This document shows positions 54,788-64,000 of a stretch of DNA of 64,000 bases, in pieces. Below the pieces are notes generated by a model that did not search any database, had not been told where the DNA came from, and saw nothing but the letters and a program-made list of their open reading frames with translations. Positions within the stretch are counted from its first letter, which is position 1, and each line of letters opens with the position of its first letter. Source of the DNA: a virus. The DNA lies in the IMG/VR virus record IMGVR_UViG_3300035696_000014, positions 32,001-96,000 of that record. One strand, written 5' to 3'. The translations under genes and the position numbers were made by a program.

Positions 54788-55326
54788 GGCGGGTTCGGGT
54801 TGACCGGCGGCACCAGGACACGCTGGAAGACGTTGACCTGGTTCGGGGCCCCGGTGTCATCGTAGAGGTTGAATGTCGCCAGCAACGTGACGTTGTCGGG
54901 AGCGAAGAACAGCATCTGGTTGTTGACGATCTGCCACCTGCCGAAAGCCTGGTCGTACAGCGCCTCGATCGAGCCCGTGATGTGGTTGACCATGTTCCAG
55001 GTGTCGGCCACCTTCGGGTCGTTCTCTTCGACGTTGTACTGCTCGGTCGCGAACGAACTGGTCAGGACGAAGGTGCTGCCCGCGCACGAGGCGGTGACAG
55101 GAGGGCACTCCCACAGGACGCTGCCGTTGAAGTTGTCTGGGAAGCTGATGTCAACGGCGTAACAGCCGGAACCCGAGGCCAGCTCGTAGACCCCCGTCGT
55201 CGTCGGCCCGATCACTGGGTTGCCGAAGACATCGAGGACGGCGTACGTCACCCCCGATGATCCAGTCTGCCCAGACCGGAACTTCCCGAACTCGACGCTT
55301 CGAAGCTGTACGTTGGGCATTCCCAC
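54784..55326 (-). CDS. Hypothetical (probable structural) protein
   Basis: GVYEL..GSG.Y; GRWQIVNNQMLF...TLLATFNL.D. Confidence 0.65.
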   Translation of the reverse strand: MGMPNVQLRSVEFGKFRSGQTGSSGVTYAVLDVFGNPVIGPTTTGVYELASGSGCYAVDISFPDNFNGSVLWECPPVTASCAGSTFVLTSSFATEQYNVEENDPKVADTWNMVNHITGSIEALYDQAFGRWQIVNNQMLFFAPDNVTLLATFNLYDDTGAPNQVNVFQRVLVPPVNPNPP

Positions 55327-55327
55327 G

Positions 55328-55858
55328 TCAATCGTACCCCACGTCGCAGACCTTGGAAAAACTCACTCCAGACCGGCACAGTACCAATAGGTCGTGGGGC
55401 GTCGTTTTTTCTGGGTCCATTCCAGCCCACTCAGGAATCAACGTGCCGGTCGGGTCCAGCCTCATCACATAGCGGGCACAGACCAGGGCTTTGACGTTCG
55501 CCAGCGGGTTCTGGATCTTCCGACCCAGCCACTTGGCCACGATCACGATGACGTAGCCCAGCAAGCCCAGCTTGTCGTACCTCTCGCAGAGGAGCTGGAT
55601 CATGGGCCGCATCATCTCTTCGCTGACCTCGGGGACGATGGCATACTCGGCGACGAGCTCGTTGTCCTCCAACCATTTGCTCCTCGGCGTGATCTGGACG
55701 CCGGTCCGCCCCGTCTCGCCGTCGAGCGCGGAGTGGATCAGGACAGGTTCACCGAAGATCTCTGTGCCGAGGCAGACGTGGCTGGTGACGCTGTTCGTCA
55801 TCCAGCGGACCGACCTCGATAGCCAATGAGCCGATGTGGTGAAGACCAAGGACGGCAT
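55328..55858 (-). CDS. Permuted papain-like NlpC/P60 enzyme (YiiX/YaeF-like)
   Basis: SHV (His) precedes YD and LVCARYV (Cys), TPHDL tail. Confidence 0.7.
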   Translation of the reverse strand: MPSLVFTTSAHWLSRSVRWMTNSVTSHVCLGTEIFGEPVLIHSALDGETGRTGVQITPRSKWLEDNELVAEYAIVPEVSEEMMRPMIQLLCERYDKLGLLGYVIVIVAKWLGRKIQNPLANVKALVCARYVMRLDPTGTLIPEWAGMDPEKTTPHDLLVLCRSGVSFSKVCDVGYD

Positions 55859-55905
55859 TGCCCGCCTCCTCTAAAGAGTAGGTAGGCGACCCGGCGAATG
55901 GTCAC

Positions 55906-56670
55906 TCAGCCCTGGACGTACTCGAACCCGCTGAAAGCCACGTTGCTGGCGTTCGACGTCGTGGGGCACTCCCACACCGTGATGAGGGCCGGGCCCGCGA
56001 TGGCAACAGGGACCTGGATGTCGTAGTCGTTGCTCAAGCCTGCCAGGTGGACGACGGGGATGCTGACCTGCTGGCCCACCGTGTTGGCAGAGCCGAGGGT
56101 CTGTGCGACCAGGTACGAGTACCCCGAAGCCAGGGTGGCTCCGCCGTTGATCGACAGCAGGTAGCAGGTCTGGGTGCCGTTGACGTAGTGGTGACCCCAG
56201 AAGGTCTGGTTGTCAGAGGAGTTGATGCCGCCGATGACGGTGCCACCACCGTTGATACCGGTCATCAGCTGGATCGTCCCAACGTTTGCGCCGTCTGCGC
56301 CCGCTTGCTGGACGACCATGCTCTCGATGTAGAGGATGTCGGTGCCCACCGTGTTGACGGCCGTGGTGCCGTTGAGCTGGACGACCTCTGACTGCTGTTG
56401 GAACGAGGAGTTGAGGTAGTTGAGCTGCACGCTCCAGGCGCCCGCGCCGGTGCTGTAGACGTCGGCTGCGTTGGTCGACTTGATGCTACGTTGGCCCGTC
56501 GTGGTCGGGGGCGTGAAAGCCGTTGCGGTGACCTGCGTCCTGGTGCCCGCAGTGGCGGCAGCACCGTATGCTGCGACCCGTGATGCGAAGGTGACACCGT
56601 CGCCGATCGCTCCTACAGCAAGACCCCATGCGGCGTCTTCAGTGACCGTGCAACCTTGTAGTGCTCCCAT
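55906..56670 (-). CDS. Putative virion structural protein
   Basis: STNAAD..TGAGAWSV...EVVQLNGTTAV...NVGTI; beta-rich, downstream of fibre genes. Confidence 0.65.
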   Translation of the reverse strand: MGALQGCTVTEDAAWGLAVGAIGDGVTFASRVAAYGAAATAGTRTQVTATAFTPPTTTGQRSIKSTNAADVYSTGAGAWSVQLNYLNSSFQQQSEVVQLNGTTAVNTVGTDILYIESMVVQQAGADGANVGTIQLMTGINGGGTVIGGINSSDNQTFWGHHYVNGTQTCYLLSINGGATLASGYSYLVAQTLGSANTVGQQVSIPVVHLAGLSNDYDIQVPVAIAGPALITVWECPTTSNASNVAFSGFEYVQG

Positions 56671-56694
56671 TGGAAACCCCTACTACAAGTATTC

Positions 56695-59600
56695 TCATTC
56701 GAAGTAACCGTCAACAAAGACGCTGCCGCGAGTGACGCCTGGCGTGCCAACAGCGCTGGTGATGAAGACCTTGTAGGCAAGGTGCAGGTAGGTACCGGGC
56801 AAGCATACGATAGGCACCTTCGGGTACCAAGCGAGGTTGCCCTGAGCGGTGCAGAACAAGCCCGCCGCCTGCGTGGCGCTGGTGTACAGGATGTTGAGGC
56901 CGACTGGGAAGCGTTGGCCGCCACCGGTGCTGATGTTGCCGTTCGAGTTGTTGACGATGGCGAGCCACTCCAGGATGGGAACCCCGGTGACGCCAATGGT
57001 GGTTGACACGAAGGGCACCGAAAAGACGAGTCCCGTCAGGTAGAAGGTATAGGGCGACGGGACCTGGAAGGCGAAGACGCTGAGCGGGTTCTCGCTCGCT
57101 GTCGTCAGAGCGACGGCATAGTCGCCACCCAGAGCGTTGTAGCCCGCCACGGTGTTGCTGGGCGTCTCGGTCGACGGCGCCGCTATCATCGAGCTGGGCG
57201 TCTGAGCGAACGACGTCGGGTTGATGATGGAGCTCCGGCCCGCGCCAGCCAGCTGTTCTGCCCAAGGCTTGCTGGCGTTGATGTCGTACTGCCAGGCCTG
57301 GAAGCTGGCGATCTTGGTCGTAGTTGCCGTCGCAGGAGCGGTGCCGGTGTTGTAGACACGGGCGAAGGCAGGTAGGTGAGAGACGGCCGCCGCGACGCCC
57401 GGGACCGTCGGGCCCAGGGCCCAGAAGTAGTCGACCAACGGGATGCCAGACTCGCTCTCGATGATGAACCGTGCACCGCCGTCCTCGATCCACACCATGA
57501 AGATGTAGTAGGTCGACGACGACAGGGTCGCCAACACGGTCGATACCGACTCGTTGCCGCCGGTGCTGGTCACGGCGTAGACGTTGCCACCCGTGGTGAT
57601 CCGGAAGAAGGCACCATTGTTGACAGTGGCAGTGGTGCCCGTCGGGGCGCCGAAGCCCAGCTCGTTGACAGCGTTGGTGTAGTTGGCGACCACCGCCTTG
57701 AACGACAGCCCAAGCGGTGCCTGGTTGTACAGGGCGAACTGCCTGGTCGAGGTGATGATGGCATCGGTGTTGATCGTGGTGATGGCGCCGTTGTTCAGCG
57801 TCAGCAGGCCCGTCGTCTGGGCGATCGTCATCGTCGTTGTCGACTGGGTCCAGAGCCAGGAGTTGACGGTCGAACCCTCGACAAGGTCAGCCGCCAACAA
57901 CGTCTGGTAGCCGGGCAACACGTAGCCCAAGCGGTTGTAACGAGCGATGCGGCCCACGCCAGAAGACTGGCCGATGATGGGGATGCCCGTCTGGCCGCCC
58001 GCCGACATGGCGCTGCGGTCGATGACAGAGCCGAGGGGTTCGATCAGACCGGTGCCGATGTTCTCACCACCGATGAGGACTGGGTTGCCCGAAGCCGCAG
58101 CACCCGCCGCTGCAGCACCCACCGCGGTGACGGTGCCGCTGACAGCTTGGGTCGCTGGGAAGTTGTTGACGGAGACCTGAGAACCCAGGGTGACTGAACC
58201 GCTGACACCGACAGTGCCACCGTGCCAGAAACCCGACGGACTTGCGGCAGCGACGGTCAAGTTACCGTTCGGATCAGTCAGGATCGTTGTCGTCAGGCCC
58301 GAGTTGTTGACGCCACCGATCAGGACCGGGTTGCCGTAGGGCGCAGTGCCCGCTGGTGTCTCGCCGTCGACAACGATGAGGGGGGTTCCAACGATGGCGA
58401 CCTGGTCAACGGCGTTGTTGCCCGTCGCCGCGTTCCATACCAACGTAGCGGTACCCGAGGTGTATGCCGACATCCGGGCACGGACCTGGACCATGCCACC
58501 GCACTGGACAGCGACCATCTGGTTCGCTGAGGCGATCATGATCAGCGAGTCACCCGCGAAAGACCAGGCCTGAAGCTGCTGCCAGTTGCTGTCGCCCGCC
58601 TGGCCCTCGAAGATGATGCTGCCGACCCAAGTGCCTTCTAGGTTGAAGATGACGGTGCTGCAGCCACCCGTCGAGGCAACGACCGTGGCGTTCAACGCGC
58701 CCAGGTTGCCGGTACCGTTCTTGTCAACGGGTGCGCTGGATGACAAGAACGAGTTGGTGATAGCGACAGAGCCGCTGACGTTCTGTGTCGCTGGGAAGTT
58801 GTTGATGCTGAGTTGGCTGTTGCCGACGTTGACAGTTCCCGAGACGCCAACCGCGACGTCGTTGTAGACGCGGATGCCATTAGCGTTGCCAACGGTCACC
58901 GTGCCCGACACGTTCTGTGTCGCTGGGAAGTTGTTGACAGAGACCTGCCCTTGCTGGGAGACCGGGAGCGTGGCCGACGCCGAGACGCCCAACGTGGCGG
59001 GCCAGTTGTTGATGACAGCACCGACGGTGCCCGACACTCCCTGCGTCTCTGCGATCCAGACCTGCTGGTTGGTTGGGAAGGTGACGTTGGCCGTCACCGT
59101 GCCGCTGACGTTCTGCGTTGCCGGGAAGTTGTTGACGCTGATCTGGCCTTGCTGCGCAACGTTGAAGGTTGCGTTAGTGGACCCTGGAGCTACGTAGAGC
59201 GGTGCGTACGGCGCGTTGCCGACCGCGAGGCCCGCAGAACCCGTCGTTGACGTGGTGGCCGAGAAGGAACCCGTAACGCCAATGGGACCCTCGCTCCAGA
59301 TCTGGATGGGTGTCCCGCCCGCGGTGCCCTGGACGTTCTGTGTCGCTGGAAAGTTGCCAACGTTGACGGTTCCCGACACGTTCTGTGTCGCTGGGAAGTT
59401 GTTGACGGAGACTTGGCCCTGCTGTGAAACGGGCAACGTGGCCGAAGCGCTGACACCGAAGGTGGCGGGCCAGTTGCCGATGATGCTGGTCAGGGTCCCG
59501 CTGACGGGCAGAGCACCCTCACTCCAGACCTGGACGGGGGCTGCTGAACCCGCGGGAGCGCCTTGGATCGTTTGAGTGGCTGGGAAGTTGGAGACGCTTA

Positions 59601-60201
59601 CAGATCCTGAGATGCCGATCGAGCCCTCAGACCAGACCTGCAACGGAACGCCACCCGCAACTCCCTGAACGGGGAGCGTTGCTGACGCGGTGACACCGAC
59701 AGGTGCGGCTACCCACACCTCTTGGTTGGCCGGGAAGGTGACTGACAACGAGCCTGTCACGCCGACGGGTTCAGCGATCCAGACCTGCTGGTTGGCTGGG
59801 AAGTTGCCGACCGAGACGGTGCCGCTGACGCCCAGGGCACCCTCGCTCCAGACCTGGGCGGCACCCTTCTGCGAGACCGCCAACACACCCGACACCGCCG
59901 CCGTCGTTGCAACCATGTTGCTGGTCGCTTGGTAAGACGTGGTGAAGGTGGTGTAGTCGGTGTTGTTCTGTGCTTCCGAGTAGTCGGGTGCGAAGGCGTA
60001 AGTTGCCGCGAGCGCGGCTGGGACCAGCAAGCACTGGTACGCGATGGCGCTGTCCAACGCGAACACCGTGATGGTGGTGTCCGGGTTGGTCACGTACTGC
60101 ATGTTGAGGCCCTTGTTCTGAACGATCGTCAGAAAGTCGCCCCACCGCAGCGTGACCACTGCCGCAGCATTGAACTGGACTTGTTGGATGTACGAGCTCA
60201 T
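56695..60201 (-). CDS. Large repeat-containing fibre/decoration protein with C-terminal beta-rich domain
   Basis: Multiple NNFPATQNVSGTV / NWPATxGVSASA / QVWSEG repeats. Confidence 0.75.
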   Translation of the reverse strand: MSSYIQQVQFNAAAVVTLRWGDFLTIVQNKGLNMQYVTNPDTTITVFALDSAIAYQCLLVPAALAATYAFAPDYSEAQNNTDYTTFTTSYQATSNMVATTAAVSGVLAVSQKGAAQVWSEGALGVSGTVSVGNFPANQQVWIAEPVGVTGSLSVTFPANQEVWVAAPVGVTASATLPVQGVAGGVPLQVWSEGSIGISGSVSVSNFPATQTIQGAPAGSAAPVQVWSEGALPVSGTLTSIIGNWPATFGVSASATLPVSQQGQVSVNNFPATQNVSGTVNVGNFPATQNVQGTAGGTPIQIWSEGPIGVTGSFSATTSTTGSAGLAVGNAPYAPLYVAPGSTNATFNVAQQGQISVNNFPATQNVSGTVTANVTFPTNQQVWIAETQGVSGTVGAVINNWPATLGVSASATLPVSQQGQVSVNNFPATQNVSGTVTVGNANGIRVYNDVAVGVSGTVNVGNSQLSINNFPATQNVSGSVAITNSFLSSSAPVDKNGTGNLGALNATVVASTGGCSTVIFNLEGTWVGSIIFEGQAGDSNWQQLQAWSFAGDSLIMIASANQMVAVQCGGMVQVRARMSAYTSGTATLVWNAATGNNAVDQVAIVGTPLIVVDGETPAGTAPYGNPVLIGGVNNSGLTTTILTDPNGNLTVAAASPSGFWHGGTVGVSGSVTLGSQVSVNNFPATQAVSGTVTAVGAAAAGAAASGNPVLIGGENIGTGLIEPLGSVIDRSAMSAGGQTGIPIIGQSSGVGRIARYNRLGYVLPGYQTLLAADLVEGSTVNSWLWTQSTTTMTIAQTTGLLTLNNGAITTINTDAIITSTRQFALYNQAPLGLSFKAVVANYTNAVNELGFGAPTGTTATVNNGAFFRITTGGNVYAVTSTGGNESVSTVLATLSSSTYYIFMVWIEDGGARFIIESESGIPLVDYFWALGPTVPGVAAAVSHLPAFARVYNTGTAPATATTTKIASFQAWQYDINASKPWAEQLAGAGRSSIINPTSFAQTPSSMIAAPSTETPSNTVAGYNALGGDYAVALTTASENPLSVFAFQVPSPYTFYLTGLVFSVPFVSTTIGVTGVPILEWLAIVNNSNGNISTGGGQRFPVGLNILYTSATQAAGLFCTAQGNLAWYPKVPIVCLPGTYLHLAYKVFITSAVGTPGVTRGSVFVDGYFE

Positions 60202-62222
60202 TCTTCAGTCCAAATAATGGTGCAGTTGATGTTGAGACCCGACGTTAGTGCAGCACCGTTGCCCCAGTTGACAGCCAGGAGCTCGTTGGCGTCGTTGAGG
60301 ACGACACCTCCCATCTGGCTGAAGTCAAAGACGTACTCTTCAGTTTCCACAGTGCCTCCCGCTGGGACGAACATCTTGGCAGAAGCCAAGAAGCCCAAGC
60401 TGGAACCCAGCGTTGTCGGGTTGACAGTGTACGACGTCACTGTTGCCAGCGAGCCTGGGAAGTTGCTGTTCCAGGCCACGCCCGTTGAAGTGGTTGAAGT
60501 ACCGCCGCTGTCGAGCGTTGAACGCTTGATGATGTCGATCTCTTGTGAGGCTGCTGTCGATTGGATCGCGCTGAAGCGGATCTGCAACACTCGAACAGTC
60601 TTGCTGTTGGTCCCCGAGATGGTGATGATGTCGGTCGGGTTCGCTGATGTCGGCGACAGACTCCTGATGCCGACGCTGAAGGTAATGGGCCGAGCGGGCC
60701 TCGTCAGCAGGCTGCCCGAGTTGTCGGTCTGCAACGAGGTGATGTAACGGGCACCCATCGTCGACGATTGGACCGCTCCAGACATGAAGGTGCCACCCGC
60801 AACCAGCGGGTAACCCGAGAAAGTGCTGCCCGTCAGCTGCGTACCCGAGACAGCCAGAGTGCCGCTGACGGCGACTCCTCCAGTAAACCAGAACCCCGAC
60901 GGGCTCGATGCAGACACGCCGATAGTAGCGGGCCAGTTCTCGATGACTGCCCCGACAGTGCCGCTGACGTTCTGTGTCGCTGGGAAGTTGTTGACGCTGA
61001 TCTGCGATGCCAACGACACCGGAAGCGTTGCTGATGCAGAGACACCGATTGTGGCAGGCCAGTTGCCGATGATCGCGGTAACAGTGCCCGACACGTTCTG
61101 CGTGGCAGGGAAGTTGTTGACAGAGACCTGCGAACCCAGGGTGACGGAACCCGTCACACCAACTGGACCAGTGCTGAACACGGGCAGCTGGACCGAGGCA
61201 GTCACCCCCAGCGGGCCCTCAGACCAGACCTGCAACGGTGTTGTCGTGGTGATCGACAGGGTGCCGCTGACTGCCTGTACCGCAGGGAAGTTGTTGACGC
61301 TGATCTGCCCCTGTTGGGAGACCGGGAGCGTGGCTGATGCAGACACGCCGATGGTAGCGGGCCAGTTGCCGAGGTTGACGTTGCCCGAGACCTGGGTGCC
61401 GCCGGTGAACCAGAAGCCGCTGGGCGATGCTGCTCCCACCGAACCGCTGATGTTCTGTGTCGCTGGGAAGTTGTTGACCGAGACCTGCGAACCCAGGGTG
61501 ACGGTGCCGCTGATGCCCTGGGTGCCACCGTCCCACGTTCTCAGCGCAGTTGAACCCGTGACACCGATCGTTGCGGGCCAGTTCTGGATGACAGCACCCA
61601 CAGAACCGCTGACGTTCTGTGTTGCCGGGAAGTTGTTGACGCTGATCTGCCCCTGTTGGGAGACCGACAACGTGGCTGAAGCGCTGACACCGAAGGTGGC
61701 AGGCCAGTTGTTGATGACTGCCCCGACGGTGCCGCTGACCCCCACCGGGCCCGTAGAAAACACGGGCAGCTGGGTTGAAGCCGAGACACCAAACGCCGCG
61801 GGCCAGTTCCCAATATCGACGGTCCCCGAGACAGCCTGCACGGCCGGGAAGTTGTCAATGCTCAGCTCGCTGTTGCTGATGCTGACGGTGCCGCTGACGT
61901 TCTGGGTCGCCGGGAAGTTGTTGACGGAGACCTGTGCCGCCAAGGTCACGCTGCCCGTGACGCCAACGGGACCCTCCGTCCACACCTGCTGGTTGTTGGG
62001 GAAGGTGACGACTGCCGAGATGGGTGAGGTGACATCGACAGGGATAGAACCCGAAGTCGTGATGTAGAGCGCGCCCGCGGTGTCCGTCAACAGGATGTGA
62101 TCAGCGCCGTTGATGTCATTGCCCGCGACAACCTGCGGGCCCGAGCTCGTGACGGGCACCACACCGTCGAACATCGGCACGCCGATGAACGTGATCTGAG
62201 TGGGCGGGTTCGCCTGCGGCAT
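60198..62222 (-). CDS. Repeat-containing fibre/decoration protein
   Basis: Same repeat modules; C-terminal globular domain ending WTEE. Confidence 0.75.
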   Translation of the reverse strand: MPQANPPTQITFIGVPMFDGVVPVTSSGPQVVAGNDINGADHILLTDTAGALYITTSGSIPVDVTSPISAVVTFPNNQQVWTEGPVGVTGSVTLAAQVSVNNFPATQNVSGTVSISNSELSIDNFPAVQAVSGTVDIGNWPAAFGVSASTQLPVFSTGPVGVSGTVGAVINNWPATFGVSASATLSVSQQGQISVNNFPATQNVSGSVGAVIQNWPATIGVTGSTALRTWDGGTQGISGTVTLGSQVSVNNFPATQNISGSVGAASPSGFWFTGGTQVSGNVNLGNWPATIGVSASATLPVSQQGQISVNNFPAVQAVSGTLSITTTTPLQVWSEGPLGVTASVQLPVFSTGPVGVTGSVTLGSQVSVNNFPATQNVSGTVTAIIGNWPATIGVSASATLPVSLASQISVNNFPATQNVSGTVGAVIENWPATIGVSASSPSGFWFTGGVAVSGTLAVSGTQLTGSTFSGYPLVAGGTFMSGAVQSSTMGARYITSLQTDNSGSLLTRPARPITFSVGIRSLSPTSANPTDIITISGTNSKTVRVLQIRFSAIQSTAASQEIDIIKRSTLDSGGTSTTSTGVAWNSNFPGSLATVTSYTVNPTTLGSSLGFLASAKMFVPAGGTVETEEYVFDFSQMGGVVLNDANELLAVNWGNGAALTSGLNINCTIIWTEE

Positions 62223-62223
62223 C

Positions 62224-62706
62224 TTACGTGTACTCCGTTACCAGGCAGCTGCCAGTTGTCGAGGTGAAGACACCGTAAACAGTGCCGAGGTACCCGTACG
62301 GTGCTTCCCAATACGACCCCGGCCACAGGACTGTCGAGTAGCTCGATGTCGTTGCGGCCGCGTAGAGACGCAGGTAGAGGTAACCAGTGCTTCCCGGATC
62401 ATTGAAGACGCTGATACCTACCCTGCTCGTGTTGGTAGCTGCTAGCAATTGGCTGCTGAGACTCGCGGTGAAAGCTGTCTCAGTAGCGACGTGGCTCAGC
62501 TGCGGTTCGGTCTCGACCGTGCCGCCCTGGATGAAGACGGGCAGCGAACCGCTCGTAGTGACATAGACAGATCCCGAAGGATCCACCTGGATCGTCTGGA
62601 TGTACGCCGCCCCGGACGTGTAATAGACACCACCGACAACGTCGGGGATGCCGAAGAACGTGGAGCCAGTTACCTGGTCTGCGACGTCATCATTGGAGAG
62701 CGGCAT
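62224..62706 (-). CDS. Short paralogue of the adjacent fibre-like protein
   Basis: GGVYY...QVDPSG.VY.TT.GSLPV and C-terminal RVG...N...ATT.SY domain shared with the 62722 gene. Confidence 0.7.
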   Translation of the reverse strand: MPLSNDDVADQVTGSTFFGIPDVVGGVYYTSGAAYIQTIQVDPSGSVYVTTSGSLPVFIQGGTVETEPQLSHVATETAFTASLSSQLLAATNTSRVGISVFNDPGSTGYLYLRLYAAATTSSYSTVLWPGSYWEAPYGYLGTVYGVFTSTTGSCLVTEYT

Positions 62707-62721
62707 GCAGCCATCGTACTA

Positions 62722-64000
62722 TCAGCTGAGATCCGTGATCTGCAGAGCGCCGACGGCGGAGTTGAAGGTCACATCAACCTCACCTGGCCAAGCATAGGTG
62801 AGCTCGTAGTAGCTCTTTGCCGCCAACTGCACCGTGTAGCTGGTCGTCGTGGCTCCGGCACCGAACTTCAGGAACGCTGTCGAGGTGCCCTCGTTGTAGA
62901 AGCAGGCACCGACACGGTCGGGGTTCGGGGGCAGTGCCATCTGGTTGCCCGTCGCTGCGGTAACGCGGTAGAACGTACCCGACTGCGGCTGGTTCGTCAG
63001 ACGACCGATCGGGTCAGTGCGCAGCGGGCGCATGACGTTGTTCTGGTCGAGGCCGCCGTCCAGCAGCGGGAAGATCGGTGCGCTCACCGTCGAACCCGAC
63101 AGGTACGAACCGGTGACGCCGACGGTGCTCTGCATCCAGACTTCGAGTGGCTGGGTGATCGAGACGGTGCCGCTGACGCCAACGGGTCCCGTCATGTAGA
63201 CGGGCAGCTGGACCGAAGCGCTGACACCGACCGTGGCAGGCCAGTTGGTGATGTTGACACCACCGCTGACTGCCTGCGGGCCCGAGGTGTAGACGTTGAC
63301 AGAACCGGTGACGCCGGTCGGGCCACTGGTCCAGAAGCCGCTCGGGCTCGAGGCGCTGACGCCGACGGTGCTCTGCATCCAGACTTCGAGTGGCTGGGGC
63401 ACGTTGGCAGTGATGGTGCCGCCGGCGATGTAGACAGGCAACGAGCCCGTCGTGGTGATGTAGACCGCGCCGCTGGGGTCGACCTGCATCGACTGGACAT
63501 ACGCAGGCAGGCTGCCGACGTTGCCGGAGCCGTAGTAGACACCGCCGACCGTCAGCGGGAAGCCGTTGGCCGTCGAACCGGTGTGGATCGCGCCAGAGAC
63601 GGCGATCGGGCCCTCAGTCCAGACCTGGACGGGCTGGACGACGGAGACAGTGCCGCTGACACCGACCGGACCGGTGCTGTATACCGGGATCTGTGCAGAG
63701 GCCGAGACGCCGATGGTGGCTGGCCAGTTCTCGATGACCGCGCCGACGGTGCCGGACACGCCGGTCGGACCTGCCGACCAGAAACCAGAAGGAGAAGCGG
63801 GAGTGACCTCGAGCGAGGTTGGGAATGTGACGTTGGCGTTGATGCTGCCGGTGACGACGACTGCACCGCCCGACATCGACAGGTACTGGACCAGGCCAGT
63901 GCTTCTGTCAACGCCCGCGACCAGCTGCCCAATCGCACCAACTGGGAGGGGCATGCTACCCGACACGCCGTATAGGTTGCCGTTGCTGTCCGCTAGGAGC
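62722..64000 (-). CDS. Repeat-containing fibre/decoration protein (5' end outside window)
   Basis: Frame is open to the window end (LLADSNGNLYGVSGSM...); SPSGFW, NWPAT, VWMQS repeats. Confidence 0.7.
   Translation of the reverse strand, partial: LLADSNGNLYGVSGSMPLPVGAIGQLVAGVDRSTGLVQYLSMSGGAVVVTGSINANVTFPTSLEVTPASPSGFWSAGPTGVSGTVGAVIENWPATIGVSASAQIPVYSTGPVGVSGTVSVVQPVQVWTEGPIAVSGAIHTGSTANGFPLTVGGVYYGSGNVGSLPAYVQSMQVDPSGAVYITTTGSLPVYIAGGTITANVPQPLEVWMQSTVGVSASSPSGFWTSGPTGVTGSVNVYTSGPQAVSGGVNITNWPATVGVSASVQLPVYMTGPVGVSGTVSITQPLEVWMQSTVGVTGSYLSGSTVSAPIFPLLDGGLDQNNVMRPLRTDPIGRLTNQPQSGTFYRVTAATGNQMALPPNPDRVGACFYNEGTSTAFLKFGAGATTTSYTVQLAAKSYYELTYAWPGEVDVTFNSAVGALQITDLS

Larger units (their letters stand above)
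58131..63840 (-). repeat. Shared coding repeat modules across fibre-like genes
   Basis: Near-identical DNA such as ACGTTCTGTGTCGCTGGGAAGTTGTTGA recurs many times; boundaries approximate. Confidence 0.8.

Noticed and set aside
58131-63840. Recurrent ~30-bp DNA repeats that could suggest a CRISPR array or DGR template/variable repeats
   Set aside because: In-frame coding repeats with irregular spacing and synonymous variation; no cas or reverse transcriptase gene in the window
1-64000. Stop-codon reassignment, inteins, introns, tRNA genes
   Set aside because: Conserved genes are full length in code 11 and end in TAG, TGA or TAA; RNR, helicase and RecA show no intein-sized inserts; gaps are short and no cloverleaf was seen (tRNAscan not run)

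Overview
64-kb segment of a GC-rich, T4-like jumbo myophage genome with standard genetic code and near-complete coding density. All genes are on the minus strand except a two-gene plus-strand cassette at 51436-53716. Left to right: (i) accessory region (IscA, S66 LD-carboxypeptidase, two orphan N6/N4 DNA MTases plus an MT-A70 MTase, RNA ligase, PNK, two nucleotidyltransferases, metallophosphoesterase, sterol-desaturase-like protein, HSP20); (ii) nucleotide metabolism and replication (all-alpha NTP pyrophosphatase, TMK, ThyX-like, class II RNR, gp41-like helicase, 5'-3' exonuclease, dUTPase, RecA/UvsX, gp32-like SSB, HD hydrolase, exonuclease-less PolA); (iii) contractile tail module (baseplate, tape measure, chaperones, tube, two sheath paralogues, gp13/14/15-like neck); (iv) repeat-built fibre/decoration proteins. 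Read directly from the DNA: two promoter-like classes (TGAAC-N18-TAnnaT, often fused to the upstream TGA stop, and TAnTTA before late genes, both often leaderless), RBS-occluding hairpins with promoters inside them, a candidate +1 frameshift in the tail chaperone pair, small proteins sharing an N-terminal putative capsid-targeting motif, and two stand-alone fragments resembling the major capsid protein among replication genes. All product calls come from motif recognition by eye; no database search was run.
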